This document shows positions 47,022 to 47,823 of a DNA stretch of 47,823 bases, piece by piece. The stretch spans positions 72,717 to 120,539 of the forward strand of contig VMGJ01000004.1 in NCBI GenBank assembly GCA_007376485.1, read 5' to 3'. Below the pieces are notes generated by a model. That model saw only the letters and a list, made by a program, of their open reading frames with translations, searched no databases and was not told where the DNA came from. The translations under genes and the position numbers were made by a program. The first letter of the stretch is position 1; every line of letters begins with the position of its first letter. This DNA is from Parcubacteria group bacterium Licking1014_17. Lineage in GTDB: Bacteria > Patescibacteriota > Minisyncoccia > 2-02-FULL-40-12 > IGHO2-01-FULL-4-A.

Positions 47022-47532
47022 TCAGCGGGAACAGAGTTCTCTTTTCAAAAACTCTATTTCCTGTTTGAGTTCGTCGGAAGTTGCATATTCTCCTTCGAGA
47101 ATCAACGGGACGTTTTTGACGGAAAGCACTCGACCGACGAATTCCACTATCCTTCTGGTATTCGTTGCTTTGCAAACCAGCGAGTGGATATTGTCGCCTG
47201 TTTCTCCGCTCACGTGGAGATGTGCCAACTGATTTTTCAGCAATTCCAGTAAGTCAGCGGCATACCCCATTTCGTGGTCGTGCTCATAAGCATGCTGGAC
47301 ATCTAAAACGAAACGACAGCCAATGCTTACCAGTTTTTCCAGCTCTGACAGATTGAAGCCGCTATCCTTTCTTGAATCCATGTTTTCAATCGCCAAAGGA
47401 ATGCCGCCGGAAATCATTATTGGCTCCGGCTTGTTTCAAAATGCCTTCCTGTTGGCGCAACGAGTAGATTTCTTTCGCATACAACCAGCCACTTGAGGGA
47501 CCAATCATCAATCTCGTCTGAATGGGATTCAC
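47022..47532 (-). pseudogene. Xylose-isomerase/AP-endonuclease-2-like TIM barrel gene with an apparent internal deletion and frameshift
   Basis: SD AGGAGG and GTG at 47532 encode MNPIQ..KQAGAN, which joins out of frame at ~47418 to IENMD..LDVQH..HLHVS..H..ILE. Confidence 0.65.
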
Positions 47533-47633
47533 TTAGCACCTCCTGTTTAATTTTCGATGTGCGGTTACCACGACTCTCTCGTGGCGGAGGACATTCAAAT
47601 ACTATTTTGATGTCGCTTATATGATAGCATGGT

Positions 47634-47823
47634 GTATCTAAAAGTCAAGTTTTTAAAGCTTGCCAACTTCGGCGAGCGGGCAAAAAATGGAGGGGTTTTA
47701 GGGGAGGAAATTTTTTGCCCGCTCGCCGACGGGTTTTTCTGCCCGCCCGCCGCTCGGCGGCGGGCGGGCAATTCCGTCAGTTTAGATTTCGTTTTCTACA
47801 TTTGTGAATTAAATTCGGCAGAA
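47634..47823 (-). repeat. Right arm of the long inverted repeat (runs off the window end)
   Basis: Reverse complement of 46361-46510 plus an extra ~40 nt completing the hairpin GGCGAGCGGGCAAAAAA..TTTTTTGCCCGCTCGCC. Confidence 0.9.

Overview
Chromosomal window from a Patescibacteria/CPR (Parcubacteria-like) bacterium using the standard code (TGA is a stop). The assignment is inferred from the divergent intron-bearing 16S, the gene set and the compact AT-rich leaders. The minus-strand 16S rRNA gene (~5493-9744) carries three group I introns at E. coli positions 516, 793 and 1498, each encoding a LAGLIDADG homing endonuclease; no 23S follows it within the window. A ~10 kb defence island lies between rnc and rpsP: type I R-M with three unknown genes nested between hsdM and hsdS, plus Fic, a TIR protein, a NucS-like nuclease and a GxxExxY protein. 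Housekeeping genes include gap, rnhB, trmD, khpA, rpsP, rnc, nusB, rpmF, dnaE, htpX, pyrG, lemA, ackA, xfp, obgE and a DEAD-box helicase. RNA genes are tRNA-Ile, tRNA-Ser, a partial tRNA and a disrupted tRNA-Ser copy. The most striking unexplained signal is a set of small palindromic elements: 21-22 bp palindromes inserted in frame in four proteins, a family of 130-190 bp intergenic hairpins sharing a tandem G.A motif, a 64 bp three-way-junction repeat and a ~150-190 bp inverted repeat pair. Product calls come from motif recognition only; no database searches were run.
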